Below, piece after piece: positions 1 to 10,062 of a stretch of DNA of 26,559 bases. The translations under genes were made by a program, and so were the position numbers. The DNA is from Fidelibacterota bacterium (lineage in GTDB: Bacteria > Fidelibacterota > Fidelibacteria > Fidelibacterales > Fidelibacteraceae): assembly GCA_034723415.1 (NCBI GenBank), contig JAYEOX010000081.1:16741-43299 (forward strand). The letters are read 5' to 3'. The notes beneath the pieces are model-generated. The model was not told the DNA's origin, made no database searches, and worked only from the letters and a program-made list of their open reading frames with translations. How positions within the stretch are numbered: the first letter of the stretch is position 1; each line of letters begins with the position of its first letter.

Positions 1-536
1 GTAATCATCGCATCTTGTGCAAAAGGTAAAACTAAATTCGCTGAATGAGCAATAATGTCGGCGCCATTTTTTGCAAGCGAACGAGTTACTTCCGGGAATA
101 TCCAATCGAAACAAATCATCACTCCAACTTTACAAAATCCAACATCTACAACAAGCGGTTCATTTTCTCCGGCAGAAAAAAACAGATTCTCACGATAGAA
201 TAAATTTATCTTTCTGTAAGTTCCCAATAATCCTTTTTCTGAAATCACAGCTGCGGAATTGTAAAATTTATCACCACCTTTTTCTGCAAATCCGGCTACA
301 ATTACACAAGAATTTTCTCTCGCTAATTTTGTAAAATAATCAACAGAATATGAATCAGTAAAATCTTCACTATATTTCTCAACTTCGTCCAAGTTTTTAA
401 ATTGATATCCTGTCGTGCAGAGTTCCGGTAACACAACTAAGTCAGCAGAACTTGGAAAAAGATATTTAATATTACTTAAATTTTTTTCTATTTCCCCAAA
501 AATAGGATTTGTCTGAACAGCTGCAATTTTGATCAT
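1..536 (-). CDS. Carbon-nitrogen hydrolase (nitrilase superfamily, PH0642-like); partial, 3' end runs off the window
   Basis: Not in the ORF track; translated by hand from ATG at 536: MIKIAAVQTNPIFGEIEKN...DLVVLPELCTTGY...YNSAAVI...YRKINLF...VGVMICFDWIFPE...IIAHSANLVLP. Glu-Lys-Cys triad motifs present; AGGA just upstream of the start. Confidence 0.9.
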   Translation of the reverse strand, partial: MIKIAAVQTNPIFGEIEKNLSNIKYLFPSSADLVVLPELCTTGYQFKNLDEVEKYSEDFTDSYSVDYFTKLARENSCVIVAGFAEKGGDKFYNSAAVISEKGLLGTYRKINLFYRENLFFSAGENEPLVVDVGFCKVGVMICFDWIFPEVTRSLAKNGADIIAHSANLVLPFAQDAMI

Positions 537-545
537 TATAATTCC

Positions 546-1964
546 TTAAATGAATTGTTTTACCCTATAAACATTTTCTTCTTTGCCAAAATATTCAACA
601 ATGCAATCAAGTTCCGGTCCGTGCATTTTACCGGTTAAAGTTATACGAATTGGCATCCACAAATTTTTCCCTTTCACACCGGTTTCTTTTTGAATTTCTT
701 TCATTATCTTATAAAAAACTTTTCCTGTCAATTCATCTGATAATTTTACTTTTTGAATATAAGATTTTAAAACTACTTTTGTCGTTTCTAATGAAATTAT
801 TTTCCGTGACTCGTTGCTTAAATTTGGAGATAATTCATCAGTAAATAGTTTAAGTTTTTCCTGAAGTTCAGTTAATTTTATCAACCTTGGTTTCAAAGAT
901 TTTAATGCAATATTTATTTTATCTTTTTTCAAATCTTTTATATCTATCCATTTTCTTGCTTCTTCAAAATATGAATTATCATCTAATTTCCTAATGTATT
1001 GGCCATTCATCCAATCCAATTTTTTCACATCAAAAACCGAGCCGGATTTATTTATTCGTTCAAGTGAAAATGCATTTACCAATTCTTCAAGTGAAAATAT
1101 TTCTTGTTTATTTCCGGGATTCCATCCTAAAAGTGCTAGAAAATTCAACAATGCAGATGACAAATATCCCTTATTTAAATAATCTTCAACAGCCACATCA
1201 CCCTGCCGTTTTGATAATTTGGATCTGTCTTTATTAAGCAATAATGGCAAATGAGCAAATTTTGGTGGTTTCCAATTCAAATAATGATAAAGCAATAAAT
1301 GTTTAGGCAATGATGATAACCATTCTTCACCTCTGATGACATGCGAAATATTCATATAATGATCATCAACAACATTAGCAAGATGATAAGTTGGAAAACC
1401 ATCTGACTTTATTAAGATCTGATCATTTACTTGCGAATAATCAATTTTCACTTTACCGCGTACTTTATCTTTGAATGTAATTCCACCTGATTCAGGTACT
1501 TTTAATCGCACTGTGAATGACTCGTTTTCTGCTCGTTTTTTGGATTCCTCTATAGAAATATTTCTACACTTACCGTCATATTTAGTATCTTCACCATTTT
1601 TTATCTGTTCATCATTTAATTTTTTCAATCTGTCAGGTGTACAAAAGCATCTATATGCATTACCATCTTTTATTAATTTGTCAACTTCTTTTTTATATAA
1701 ATCATTTCTTTTACTTTGAAAATAAGGGCCGTTTTCATCTTCCTTTCCTGGTCCACAATCGTATTCAATTCCCATTAATTTAAGCGAATTCAATAAATTT
1801 TCTACAGCACCTTCTTGATATCTTGCTCTATCAGTATCCTCAATTCGTAGAATAAATTTCCCATTATTCTTTTTTGCAAACAGATAATTATATAAAGCAG
1901 TTCTTAATCCACCTACATGCAAATATCCCGTAGGACTCGGTGCAAATCTCGTAACAATTTCCAT
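546..1964 (-). CDS. gltX: Glutamate--tRNA ligase
   Basis: TRFAPSPTGYLHVGG (HIGH), LRIEDTD, YRCFC, VIRGEEWL, KLSKR (KMSKS) motifs and a C-terminal anticodon-binding domain. Confidence 0.97.
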   Translation of the reverse strand: MEIVTRFAPSPTGYLHVGGLRTALYNYLFAKKNNGKFILRIEDTDRARYQEGAVENLLNSLKLMGIEYDCGPGKEDENGPYFQSKRNDLYKKEVDKLIKDGNAYRCFCTPDRLKKLNDEQIKNGEDTKYDGKCRNISIEESKKRAENESFTVRLKVPESGGITFKDKVRGKVKIDYSQVNDQILIKSDGFPTYHLANVVDDHYMNISHVIRGEEWLSSLPKHLLLYHYLNWKPPKFAHLPLLLNKDRSKLSKRQGDVAVEDYLNKGYLSSALLNFLALLGWNPGNKQEIFSLEELVNAFSLERINKSGSVFDVKKLDWMNGQYIRKLDDNSYFEEARKWIDIKDLKKDKINIALKSLKPRLIKLTELQEKLKLFTDELSPNLSNESRKIISLETTKVVLKSYIQKVKLSDELTGKVFYKIMKEIQKETGVKGKNLWMPIRITLTGKMHGPELDCIVEYFGKEENVYRVKQFI

Positions 1965-2587
1965 TACTTCTTCCCCTTATAATCTACAATAAATTTTTCT
2001 CTTCTAAAAAACCACACTATTAATAAAACAAACAAAATGATCCCGGCTGCAATATTATATTCTTTAAGTATCATGTGAACCCTGTCCCAATTACCACCAA
2101 TATAATATCCCATCATCATTAATAGAAAATTATAAATTGCTGTAGATGCAGAAATTAAAATTAATGTGATCCACCATTTAATATTAGAAATTCCTGAAAA
2201 AACACCAATCACAGCTCTCATACCAAGAAATAATCGATTCCAAAAAATAACCCACAATCCATACTTATTGAACTTCTTTTCTATTCTACGCAGAAAATTT
2301 ACAGGCATCCATTTATGATTTGTTTCAAAAAAAAATGCTTTTCCCCAATGATGCCCAACAGTAAAAGTAAACATAAAGCCAACAATACTGCCAACTAATG
2401 AAAATATAAACAAAAAAATCAATGAATAGCCAAAGGTACCAAAAAGATAAGCAGTAAATACTAACATTGTATCACCGGGAATTGGTGGAAAAATATTTTC
2501 AATAAACGATGCTAAAAAAATTATCACAATTAAATTAGTTGGATTTACCTGACCCAACATTTCTATAATACTTTTTAATAATTCCAC
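1964..2587 (-). CDS. DedA family membrane protein
   Basis: FIENIFPPIPGD and F..R.F.G.R motifs, several TM helices; GTG start. Confidence 0.9.
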   Translation of the reverse strand: MELLKSIIEMLGQVNPTNLIVIIFLASFIENIFPPIPGDTMLVFTAYLFGTFGYSLIFLFIFSLVGSIVGFMFTFTVGHHWGKAFFFETNHKWMPVNFLRRIEKKFNKYGLWVIFWNRLFLGMRAVIGVFSGISNIKWWITLILISASTAIYNFLLMMMGYYIGGNWDRVHMILKEYNIAAGIILFVLLIVWFFRREKFIVDYKGKK

Positions 2588-2641
2588 TTATTTACTTCCG
2601 TAAAATTATTTCTTACTTGATTTTCTTTTGATGTTTTTACA

Positions 2642-3124
2642 TCATTCTTTAACAGCAGTAACAATTGAAAACACCTGAATTCCTTCACCCTTTCCAAAAG
2701 AAGTTAATCCTTCACCCGATGTCGCTGTAATGCCAATATTCTTCGTATCTAAAGATAAAATATTTGAAATAGAATCTTTGATCTTTGAAATAAATGAGGT
2801 AATGGATGGTTTTTTACACTCAATACTAATTGATAAATGAGTTATTTTAAAACCATTTAAAAACTCTATTGCTTTCAGCAGATAATATTTACTATCGATA
2901 ATCCCTTTTTCTTTACACATTTTATCGGCAATTTCACCAAGAATATTTACTCCTGTAATTCCTGAAATAGCATTTGTAATAGAATGTAAAATCACATCTG
3001 CATCACTATTTCCCTGTAACGACAATTTCCCCGGAAAAACAACTCCACCTAATATCAATTTTTTCCCTTGACAAGAAAAATTAAACTTGTGACTATCCTG
3101 ACCTATTCCTGTTTTAATTTCCAT
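2642..3124 (-). CDS. ispF: 2-C-methyl-D-erythritol 2,4-cyclodiphosphate synthase (divergent type)
   Basis: GIGQDSH, LILGGV, SDADVILH, ATSGEGL..GEGI motifs; overlaps the end of ispD. Confidence 0.92.
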   Translation of the reverse strand: MEIKTGIGQDSHKFNFSCQGKKLILGGVVFPGKLSLQGNSDADVILHSITNAISGITGVNILGEIADKMCKEKGIIDSKYYLLKAIEFLNGFKITHLSISIECKKPSITSFISKIKDSISNILSLDTKNIGITATSGEGLTSFGKGEGIQVFSIVTAVKE

Positions 3125-3797
3125 TTATTACCTCTTTTGCAATTGCTAAATCTCTCTTTGTTGTGATTTTAATATTATCATAAGAATCCGGAATAATAGC
3201 AACTTTCCCACCGATTTTTTCTATCAACATCGAATCATCAGTTCCATAATAATTGTTTTTTTTAGCATAGGCATAAGCTCTTAAAATAGATTCCTTATTG
3301 AACATCTGGGGAGTATTTATCCTATATAAAGTTTCCCTCGATGGCGTTTCTTTAATTAAACTATTTTTCACAATTTTAACCGTATTAATTGCAGGAACAG
3401 CCGCTATTGCACCATCATATTTCTTCAACAATTTTAATCCGGATTCAATAATATTCTTTGAAAAAAAAGGTCTTACAGCATCGTGAATTAATATAATATC
3501 AATATTGCTATTAATTTCATTTATCCCGTTTGCAACCGAATCCTGTCGTTTTTCTCCACCTAAAATAATTTTTATTTTTGCATAAAAACTTATTTTTTCA
3601 CAAATTTCTGTAATCTGCTTCTTAATTTCTTTTGAAACAGGAATAATTATTTCTTTTATTCTTTGGTCATTTCGAAAACGCATCAAAGTATAATAAATAA
3701 TCGGCAAATTATTTATTTCTATTAGCTGCTTTGGAATTTTGGTTTCCATTCTTTTACCATATCCGGCAGCTGGAATAATAACAGAAATATTTTTCAT
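3114..3797 (-). CDS. ispD: 2-C-methyl-D-erythritol 4-phosphate cytidylyltransferase
   Basis: IIPAAGYGKRM..PKQ, GGEKRQDSV, LIHDAVRPF, TDD, NIKITT..DL. Confidence 0.96.
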   Translation of the reverse strand: MKNISVIIPAAGYGKRMETKIPKQLIEINNLPIIYYTLMRFRNDQRIKEIIIPVSKEIKKQITEICEKISFYAKIKIILGGEKRQDSVANGINEINSNIDIILIHDAVRPFFSKNIIESGLKLLKKYDGAIAAVPAINTVKIVKNSLIKETPSRETLYRINTPQMFNKESILRAYAYAKKNNYYGTDDSMLIEKIGGKVAIIPDSYDNIKITTKRDLAIAKEVINGN

Positions 3798-3816
3798 TCT
3801 TAAAAAATATATTTAA

Positions 3817-4887
3817 TTAAATAATTAACATTGCGTCGCCATAAGAATAAAAATTATATTTATGTTTTATAGCTTCTTTATATGCTTTTAAAATAAAATT
3901 TCTATTGGCAAATGCAGAAACCAACATCAATAAAGTAGATTTTGGTTGATGAAAATTCGTAATAAGTTTATCAACAATTTTGAAATCATAGGGAGGATAA
4001 ATGAATTTATCTGTCCAAGAATTTTGTTCGGTAATTTGCATATCGGATATATACGCAGATTCCAATGATCTGACTACAGATGTCCCAACAGCAACTATTT
4101 TTCCACCTGACGCCATTGATTTATTAACTGTTTGAGCGGTCTCTTTGGTTATATTATAAAATTCAGAATGCATGTTATGACGACTAATATCTTCAACGAC
4201 AACGGGTTTAAATGTGCCAAGACCAATATGCAGAGTAATCGGTGCGATCGCTACACTATTTTTTTCTATTTTCTTTAATGTTTTTTTATTAAAATGTAAT
4301 CCGGCTGTTGGAGCTGCAACCGCTCCTATATTTTCTGCAAATACAGTTTGATACCTAATTTTATCTATTGGTTCACTTTCCCGCTTAATATATGGGGGAA
4401 TAGGCGATTTCCCATATTTCATTACATAATCCATGAATTCTTCCTTTGAACAATTATGTCTGATCACACGGCCACTTGATACCGTATTATCAATTACATC
4501 GCAATGGATTTTATCAGTAAAATTCAACTTGTTACCAATACGCACCTTGCGAGCCGGATTAACTATAGTTTCCCAAATTTGATCATCAAGGGCACGTAAT
4601 AAAAATATTTCTACTTTTGCATCTGTTTTATCTTTGTTAGCAAACAATCTTGCCGGGAATACTTTGGTATTATTAATTACCAAACAATCATTTGGTTCAA
4701 AATATTTCACAATGTCTGAAAATTTGTGATGTTCAATAGTTTTTTCTTTTCTATTTAAAACCATTAATTTTGAATCACCACGTTTTTTGGATGGATATTT
4801 AGCTATAAATTTCTTTGGAAGATCATAATAAAAATCAGACAAGTGATATGAATTTTGTTCATTATTAAAAATTTCAAATTTTGTCAT
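3817..4887 (-). CDS. queA: S-adenosylmethionine:tRNA ribosyltransferase-isomerase
   Basis: [56 protein letters not shown]. Confidence 0.97.
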   Translation of the reverse strand: MTKFEIFNNEQNSYHLSDFYYDLPKKFIAKYPSKKRGDSKLMVLNRKEKTIEHHKFSDIVKYFEPNDCLVINNTKVFPARLFANKDKTDAKVEIFLLRALDDQIWETIVNPARKVRIGNKLNFTDKIHCDVIDNTVSSGRVIRHNCSKEEFMDYVMKYGKSPIPPYIKRESEPIDKIRYQTVFAENIGAVAAPTAGLHFNKKTLKKIEKNSVAIAPITLHIGLGTFKPVVVEDISRHNMHSEFYNITKETAQTVNKSMASGGKIVAVGTSVVRSLESAYISDMQITEQNSWTDKFIYPPYDFKIVDKLITNFHQPKSTLLMLVSAFANRNFILKAYKEAIKHKYNFYSYGDAMLII

Positions 4888-5911
4888 TAAATAAATTCCT
4901 CTGTTTATTATTTTTGTTTTCTTTGTTAAGATTATAATGATTATATGTTCTGTCTAAAGCAACACGACCTCTCGAAGTTCTTTGAATGAATCCCTCTTGA
5001 ATTAAAAACGGTTCATATACTTCTTCAATTGTCTCCGCTTCTTCACCAATAGCAACTGCTAAGTTTTGCAACCCAACAGGTCCACCATAAAAGTTATTAA
5101 CCAATGTAAACAATATTCTTTTGTCCATGTTGTCTAAACCAATTTCATCTATTTCCAACATTCGTAATGCGCCTTTTGCTGTTTCCAATGTAATAATTCC
5201 ATCGGATTGAACCTGTGAATAATCACGACATCTTTTTAATAGACGATTTGCAATTCTTGGTGTTCCTCGAGATCTTCTCGCAATTTCAGTTGCTCCATCT
5301 TTAGTTATTTCTATTTTTAATCTTTTAGCAGAACGATGAATTACTTCTGATAATTCCGATGATCTATAATAATCAACATGTAAAGTAATTCCAAACCTAT
5401 CTCTCATTGGAGATGTCAACAAACCCGCCCGAGTTGTAGCACCAATCAAAGTAAATCCTTCTAAATTAAGCTGAATACTCCTAGCACTTGGCCCCTTATC
5501 TATCATAATGTCAATTTTAAAATCTTCCATTGCAGAATATAAATATTCTTCCACTACTCTATTTGTTCTATGAACTTCATCAATAAACAGAACATCTCTA
5601 AAACTTAAATTTGTTAAAACGCCAGCTAAATCACCGGCTCTTTCCAAAATAGGCCCGGATGTTGATTTAATATTAGAATTTAATTCGTTCGCAATTATAT
5701 TTGCCAAAGTGGTCTTTCCCAAGCCGGGTGGTCCAAATAATAAAATATGATCAATCGGTTCCTTTCTCTGTTGTGCCGCTTTAATATAAATCCTTAAGTT
5801 ATTCTTTAACTTCTTCTGTCCAATAAATTCGGATAATTTTTGTGGTCGGAGTGAAACTTCACTTTTACGATCTTCTTCCTGTTTTTCAGGATTTATATAT
5901 TCTGAACGCAT
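4874..5911 (-). CDS. ruvB: Holliday junction branch migration helicase RuvB
   Basis: [52 protein letters not shown]. Confidence 0.98.
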   Translation of the reverse strand: MRSEYINPEKQEEDRKSEVSLRPQKLSEFIGQKKLKNNLRIYIKAAQQRKEPIDHILLFGPPGLGKTTLANIIANELNSNIKSTSGPILERAGDLAGVLTNLSFRDVLFIDEVHRTNRVVEEYLYSAMEDFKIDIMIDKGPSARSIQLNLEGFTLIGATTRAGLLTSPMRDRFGITLHVDYYRSSELSEVIHRSAKRLKIEITKDGATEIARRSRGTPRIANRLLKRCRDYSQVQSDGIITLETAKGALRMLEIDEIGLDNMDKRILFTLVNNFYGGPVGLQNLAVAIGEEAETIEEVYEPFLIQEGFIQRTSRGRVALDRTYNHYNLNKENKNNKQRNLFNDKI

Positions 5912-6882
5912 TATCTTTTTCTTTTTAAAACTTTTTTAACACTACTTACAATATTATCAGAACGCAAACCATAATAAGTAAGCAATTGATCTGATGTGCC
6001 TGATATACCAAATTTATCATTTATCCCTATCATTTCAATTGGGACGGGATTTAGCTGACTCACTGTTTCTGCAACTGCACTTCCTAATCCACCTGCAACT
6101 TGATGTTCTTCTGCTGTAACTATTGCTCCTGTAGTTTTTGCGGCTTCGCTAATCGAATCAACATCAAGCGGTTTGATCGTATGCATATTTAAAATACGAG
6201 CAGAAATTCCAAGTTTGTTTAATTTTTCCGCTGCCAACAATGCTTCATAAACCAATACACCGCAAGCTACAATTGTTACATCTTTTCCATCTTTCAGTTG
6301 TTGTGATTTGCCAATTTCAAATGGCGCGTCATCAGTTGTAATTAAAGGTGCTTTCTGTCTTCCCAATCTAATATAAATCGGACCTTTAAAATCTGCTGCC
6401 GCAAATATAGCTTTTTTTGTTTCATTAAAATCAGAAGGAACAACCACTGTCATATTCGGTAAAACTCTCATCAGTGCAATATCTTCAAGTATTTGATGTG
6501 TAGCACCATCTTCGCCTACAGTAACACCTGTATGAGTTCCTACCAACTTAACATTTGTTTGAGAATAAGAGATTAAAACTCTTATTTGATCCCAAACTCT
6601 TCCGGTAACAAAAACTCCAAAAGTTGTTGCAAAAGGAATTTTATTTTCCAAAGAAATTCCGGCAGCAACACTAATCATATTCTGCTCGGAAATACCAAGA
6701 TCAAAAAACCTTTGCGGAAATTTTTCAGCAAACCAATTTGCTCTTACCGAACCCGACACATCTGTAGTTAAGACAACAATTTTCTCGTTAATTTCACCTA
6801 ATTCAACTAAGGCCTTACCAAATCCATCACGAGTTGGTAACATTTTCGGATTACTAAAAATGTTTTCTTGTATATATTTCAT
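5911..6882 (-). CDS. Transketolase, C-terminal subunit (split transketolase)
   Basis: [35 protein letters not shown]. Confidence 0.93.
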   Translation of the reverse strand: MKYIQENIFSNPKMLPTRDGFGKALVELGEINEKIVVLTTDVSGSVRANWFAEKFPQRFFDLGISEQNMISVAAGISLENKIPFATTFGVFVTGRVWDQIRVLISYSQTNVKLVGTHTGVTVGEDGATHQILEDIALMRVLPNMTVVVPSDFNETKKAIFAAADFKGPIYIRLGRQKAPLITTDDAPFEIGKSQQLKDGKDVTIVACGVLVYEALLAAEKLNKLGISARILNMHTIKPLDVDSISEAAKTTGAIVTAEEHQVAGGLGSAVAETVSQLNPVPIEMIGINDKFGISGTSDQLLTYYGLRSDNIVSSVKKVLKRKR

Positions 6883-7748
6883 TATAAATTTAATTTTGAA
6901 TAATATTCTTTTATTTCAATTATAGCCGTCTTGGCTTCATCATCATTTGGAGCTGTGCCATGCCATTTAGAGACTCCATCCATAAATGAAACGGGGAAAC
7001 CCAGTTTTGTGTTAAAAATGATCATTGTCGGTTTGCTATTTTCTTTTTTTGCTTTTCCAAATGTATTAACTATTTCTTCCATATCATTACCATTTGCGGA
7101 TAACACATTCCAATTAAATGCTTTCCATTTTTCCGATAATGGCTCCAATTTATTTATATTTTCAGTATTCCCATCAATTTGAATATAATTTCTATCTGTA
7201 AACGCAATTAAATTTGACAACTTACGATGACCGGCAAACATTGCTGCTTCCCAAATTGATCCTTCTTGGGTTTCTCCATCCCCGATAGAACTATAAACTA
7301 AATGATCTTTTTTATCCATTTGAGCAGCAAGAGCCATTCCACAAGCAACTCCAAGCCCTTGTCCTAAACTTCCTGTAGAAATATCTATCCCCGGCAGATC
7401 AAGCGTATTAGGATGCCCCTGTAATCTTGATTTCAATTTTCTTAATGATGTCAATTCACTTACTGGGAAATATCCCGAATGAGCCAATGCTGCATAATAA
7501 ATAGGAGCAACATGACCATTTGATACAATAAAACGATCTCTTTCTTCCCAACCAGGATCATTAGAATTGTGATTTAAAACATGGAAATACAAAGCAGTAA
7601 AAATGTCAGCCAACCCCAAAGATCCCCCAACATGACCTGATTTTGCACCATGAATAATGTTTACCACATCAATTCTAAGTTGTTTTGAAATTTTTATGAG
7701 ATTATTTATTTGCTTTTTTTCTATGTTATTCATTAATTTCTCTTCCAT
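6882..7748 (-). CDS. Transketolase, N-terminal (TPP-binding) subunit
   Basis: SGHVGGSL, RDRFIVSNGH, LQGHP, TGSLGQG, GDGETQEGSIWEA, WHG. The true start may be the ATG at 7733, which is preceded by GGAAGAG. Confidence 0.93.
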   Translation of the reverse strand: MEEKLMNNIEKKQINNLIKISKQLRIDVVNIIHGAKSGHVGGSLGLADIFTALYFHVLNHNSNDPGWEERDRFIVSNGHVAPIYYAALAHSGYFPVSELTSLRKLKSRLQGHPNTLDLPGIDISTGSLGQGLGVACGMALAAQMDKKDHLVYSSIGDGETQEGSIWEAAMFAGHRKLSNLIAFTDRNYIQIDGNTENINKLEPLSEKWKAFNWNVLSANGNDMEEIVNTFGKAKKENSKPTMIIFNTKLGFPVSFMDGVSKWHGTAPNDDEAKTAIIEIKEYYSKLNL

Positions 7749-7758
7749 CTAAGTATTT

Positions 7759-7787
7759 AATTTACAAAATATTTTGTCGTTTTGCAA
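7759..7787 (-). promoter_or_regulatory. Putative sigma70 promoter of the tkt-ruvB-queA-isp operon
   Basis: Minus strand TTGCAA (7787-7782), 17 nt, TAAATT (7764-7759). Confidence 0.45.
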
Positions 7788-7959
7788 CGATTTTCCACAT
7801 AAAATTAATTGTACCTAAATATCTGTTATTTTGCTATTAAAATGTTTTTGATTACAATGTAACATTTGCCGTTCATTCTCTAATTCAACAACAAAAATAT
7901 TTGGATAAAATATTATTTTTTCATATTTTATTAAAGCATAATAAGGAAGGATAATATTT

Positions 7960-8502
7960 ATGAAAAAAAATGTCTTAAATATAAAACCCGTTAAATTAAT
8001 CATTGGTTTGTTATATTCAGATAATTTTTTAGAATACGAAAACTTTATTAATTTAATTGCAAACATTTTTGGTGAAATAGATAAAATTAGTTCATTATTT
8101 CCTTTTAATTATACCGATTATTATAAAAAAGAATTTGGCAACAGCTTAAATCGCAGATTTTTAAGTTTTGAAGACCTGGTTTCCCCTGAAAAATTATCTG
8201 AAATAAAAATAATTACTAATAAATTAGAAAACAAATTTTCAAAAGATCATAAAAGAACAATAAATATTGATCCGGGTTATTTGGACTTAGACAAATTTAT
8301 ATTGGCCTCGGCAAAATATGGCAGACAAAAAATATATATCAATAAAGGAATTTACGCAGACCCTGTCTTGGAATATTACAAAAAGAGTTTTAATTCTTTT
8401 AATTGGAGTTTCCCGGATTTTAAATCTAATGAATATTTTGATTTTTTTTCAAAGGCAAGAAATATATATCGAAAACAAATAAAAGATTTTAATGTCGAAT
8501 AA
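7960..8502 (+). CDS. DUF4416 family protein
   Basis: F.YTDYY..E.G..L.R.F.SF, K..TN.LE, R.INIDPGYL, ILAS.K, W.FPDF patterns; AAGGAAGG Shine-Dalgarno. Confidence 0.85.
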   Translation: MKKNVLNIKPVKLIIGLLYSDNFLEYENFINLIANIFGEIDKISSLFPFNYTDYYKKEFGNSLNRRFLSFEDLVSPEKLSEIKIITNKLENKFSKDHKRTINIDPGYLDLDKFILASAKYGRQKIYINKGIYADPVLEYYKKSFNSFNWSFPDFKSNEYFDFFSKARNIYRKQIKDFNVE

Positions 8503-8529
8503 TAATAAATAATTGTTTATATTTAATGT

Positions 8530-9033
8530 ATGAAGTATTTTAAATTATTAAAAACCACAGATATTAGTTTTTATAAAAAATTTAAACGACAATGGAAAAA
8601 TTATGTCTTCCAAATTTCCATTGCAACTTTATCTATATTTATTGCAATTTTAGTTATTAAAATGCAAAATGTAGTTATGATCGCTTCTTTGGGCGCTACT
8701 ACATTTATTGTTTTCATTACACCTACGAATTTCACCGCTAATATGCGTAATGTCATAGGCGGACACATGATAGGAATAATAATCGGGATTCTATTTACAT
8801 TAATTCCCGCTTCATCTTCAATTGTTTCTATTATAATTTTCTCATTAACAGTAGGAACTTCAATGTTCTTAATGGCTATTACAGATATGGAACATCCGCC
8901 TGCTTGTGGAACAGCTTTGGGAATAGTAAGTTCGGGATATACTATAAGTATGATTTTTGCATTTATTACCGGAGTAGTTATCTTATCCGTAATACATCAT
9001 ATATTTAAATCTAAATTAAAAAATCTGGTATAG
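8530..9033 (+). CDS. HPP family integral membrane protein
   Basis: ASLGAT.FIVF..P, RNVIGGH, EHPPA.GTAL signature; about five hydrophobic segments. Confidence 0.88.
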   Translation: MKYFKLLKTTDISFYKKFKRQWKNYVFQISIATLSIFIAILVIKMQNVVMIASLGATTFIVFITPTNFTANMRNVIGGHMIGIIIGILFTLIPASSSIVSIIIFSLTVGTSMFLMAITDMEHPPACGTALGIVSSGYTISMIFAFITGVVILSVIHHIFKSKLKNLV

Positions 9034-9038
9034 TATTT

Positions 9039-9716
9039 ATGTTTTTCTTGTATTTTTTTATCTACTTTTTAATTTTTATCGTATTACTATTTTTAGGAAT
9101 GCTTTTTATTCCATTTAATACTTTAATAGATGGTAAATACCAAAATAAAGAATTTAGTGGAAAGATCACTTTATATTGGATCAAATTTTTATTTGCAATA
9201 ATCTTATCAATGGAAGATAGATCTAAATTAAATGTAAAAATTAAAATTTTACAGATCCCGATAAAATTTACAATTTCATTAAAGAAAAAAACAAAGAAAA
9301 ACAAAAAAATAGAAAACGAAGAAGCAGATAATAAAAAAAGCTTATACAAATCGATTGAAAAAATTAAATCGTTATATATTGAAAAAAAACCACAAATAAT
9401 ATTTTATAAAAATTTATTGAGAGAACACTTAGTAATAATTTGGAAAAGATATTTACGATTTAAACTAAAAATATTGTCCACAAATATTGGACTACCCGAT
9501 CCAAGCAATACCGGGAAATTATCGGGATATTTATATACACTACCATTCATTACCAACAAAAAAAACATTAACTTACAATGGGATTATTTTAAAACACGAT
9601 ATGATATTATAATTAAAATGAATATTATTATGAAATTATATGGTATTTTATTCAGATTATTGCTAATTTGGATACAAATAAATAGATTTAAAAAAAAGGG
9701 AGATATAAATGATTAA
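9039..9716 (+). CDS. DUF2953 / YtfI-like membrane-anchored protein
   Basis: N-terminal TM, Lys-rich linker, G..DP..TG.L.G.LY motif; directly upstream of a ytfJ homolog. Confidence 0.75.
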   Translation: MFFLYFFIYFLIFIVLLFLGMLFIPFNTLIDGKYQNKEFSGKITLYWIKFLFAIILSMEDRSKLNVKIKILQIPIKFTISLKKKTKKNKKIENEEADNKKSLYKSIEKIKSLYIEKKPQIIFYKNLLREHLVIIWKRYLRFKLKILSTNIGLPDPSNTGKLSGYLYTLPFITNKKNINLQWDYFKTRYDIIIKMNIIMKLYGILFRLLLIWIQINRFKKKGDIND

Positions 9717-10062
9717 TGAAACAATAGAAACTTTGTTAAAAAAAGCAGAAGATATCGCTAAAACTAAAACCATTGTTGGTGATCCTATTAAAGCCGGAGA
9801 GGTTACAATTATTCCAATATCAAAAATCTCTATTGGATTCGGCGTCGGCGGAGGAAAAGATAACAAAAATGATGCAAATGGCGAAGGTGCCGGAGGAGGA
9901 ATTAATATTCAACCTGTAGCTATTATTTCAATCTATAAAAATTCTTCCAAATTGCTAATGTTGGGTAAAAAAGACCAAACTGCTGAAAAAATACTTGATC
10001 TTGTGCCGAATATTTTAGACAGATTTACACCTAAGAAAAATAATAAAAAGGAAAATAAATAA
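9709..10062 (+). CDS. ytfJ: YtfJ/GerW family protein
   Basis: TKTIVGDPI....TIIPISKISIGFG.GGG ... GAGGG..IQPVA signature. Confidence 0.88.
   Translation: MINETIETLLKKAEDIAKTKTIVGDPIKAGEVTIIPISKISIGFGVGGGKDNKNDANGEGAGGGINIQPVAIISIYKNSSKLLMLGKKDQTAEKILDLVPNILDRFTPKKNNKKENK

Noticed and set aside
71..334. 87-aa plus-strand ORF, and the other short antisense ORFs over gltX, ispD, tkt, recJ, the 7TM-HD gene, ppiD and ilvE
   Set aside because: All lie opposite well-supported genes and lack recognisable motifs.
5911..7748. Transketolase split into two ORFs, possible frameshift
   Set aside because: Two-subunit transketolases are a widespread family; both halves are intact and coupled by a TAATG overlap.
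7849..7864. Possible CRP-type site (TGTTA-N6-AATCA on the minus strand) between tkt and DUF4416
   Set aside because: Only one good half-site in very AT-rich DNA; not distinguishable from chance.
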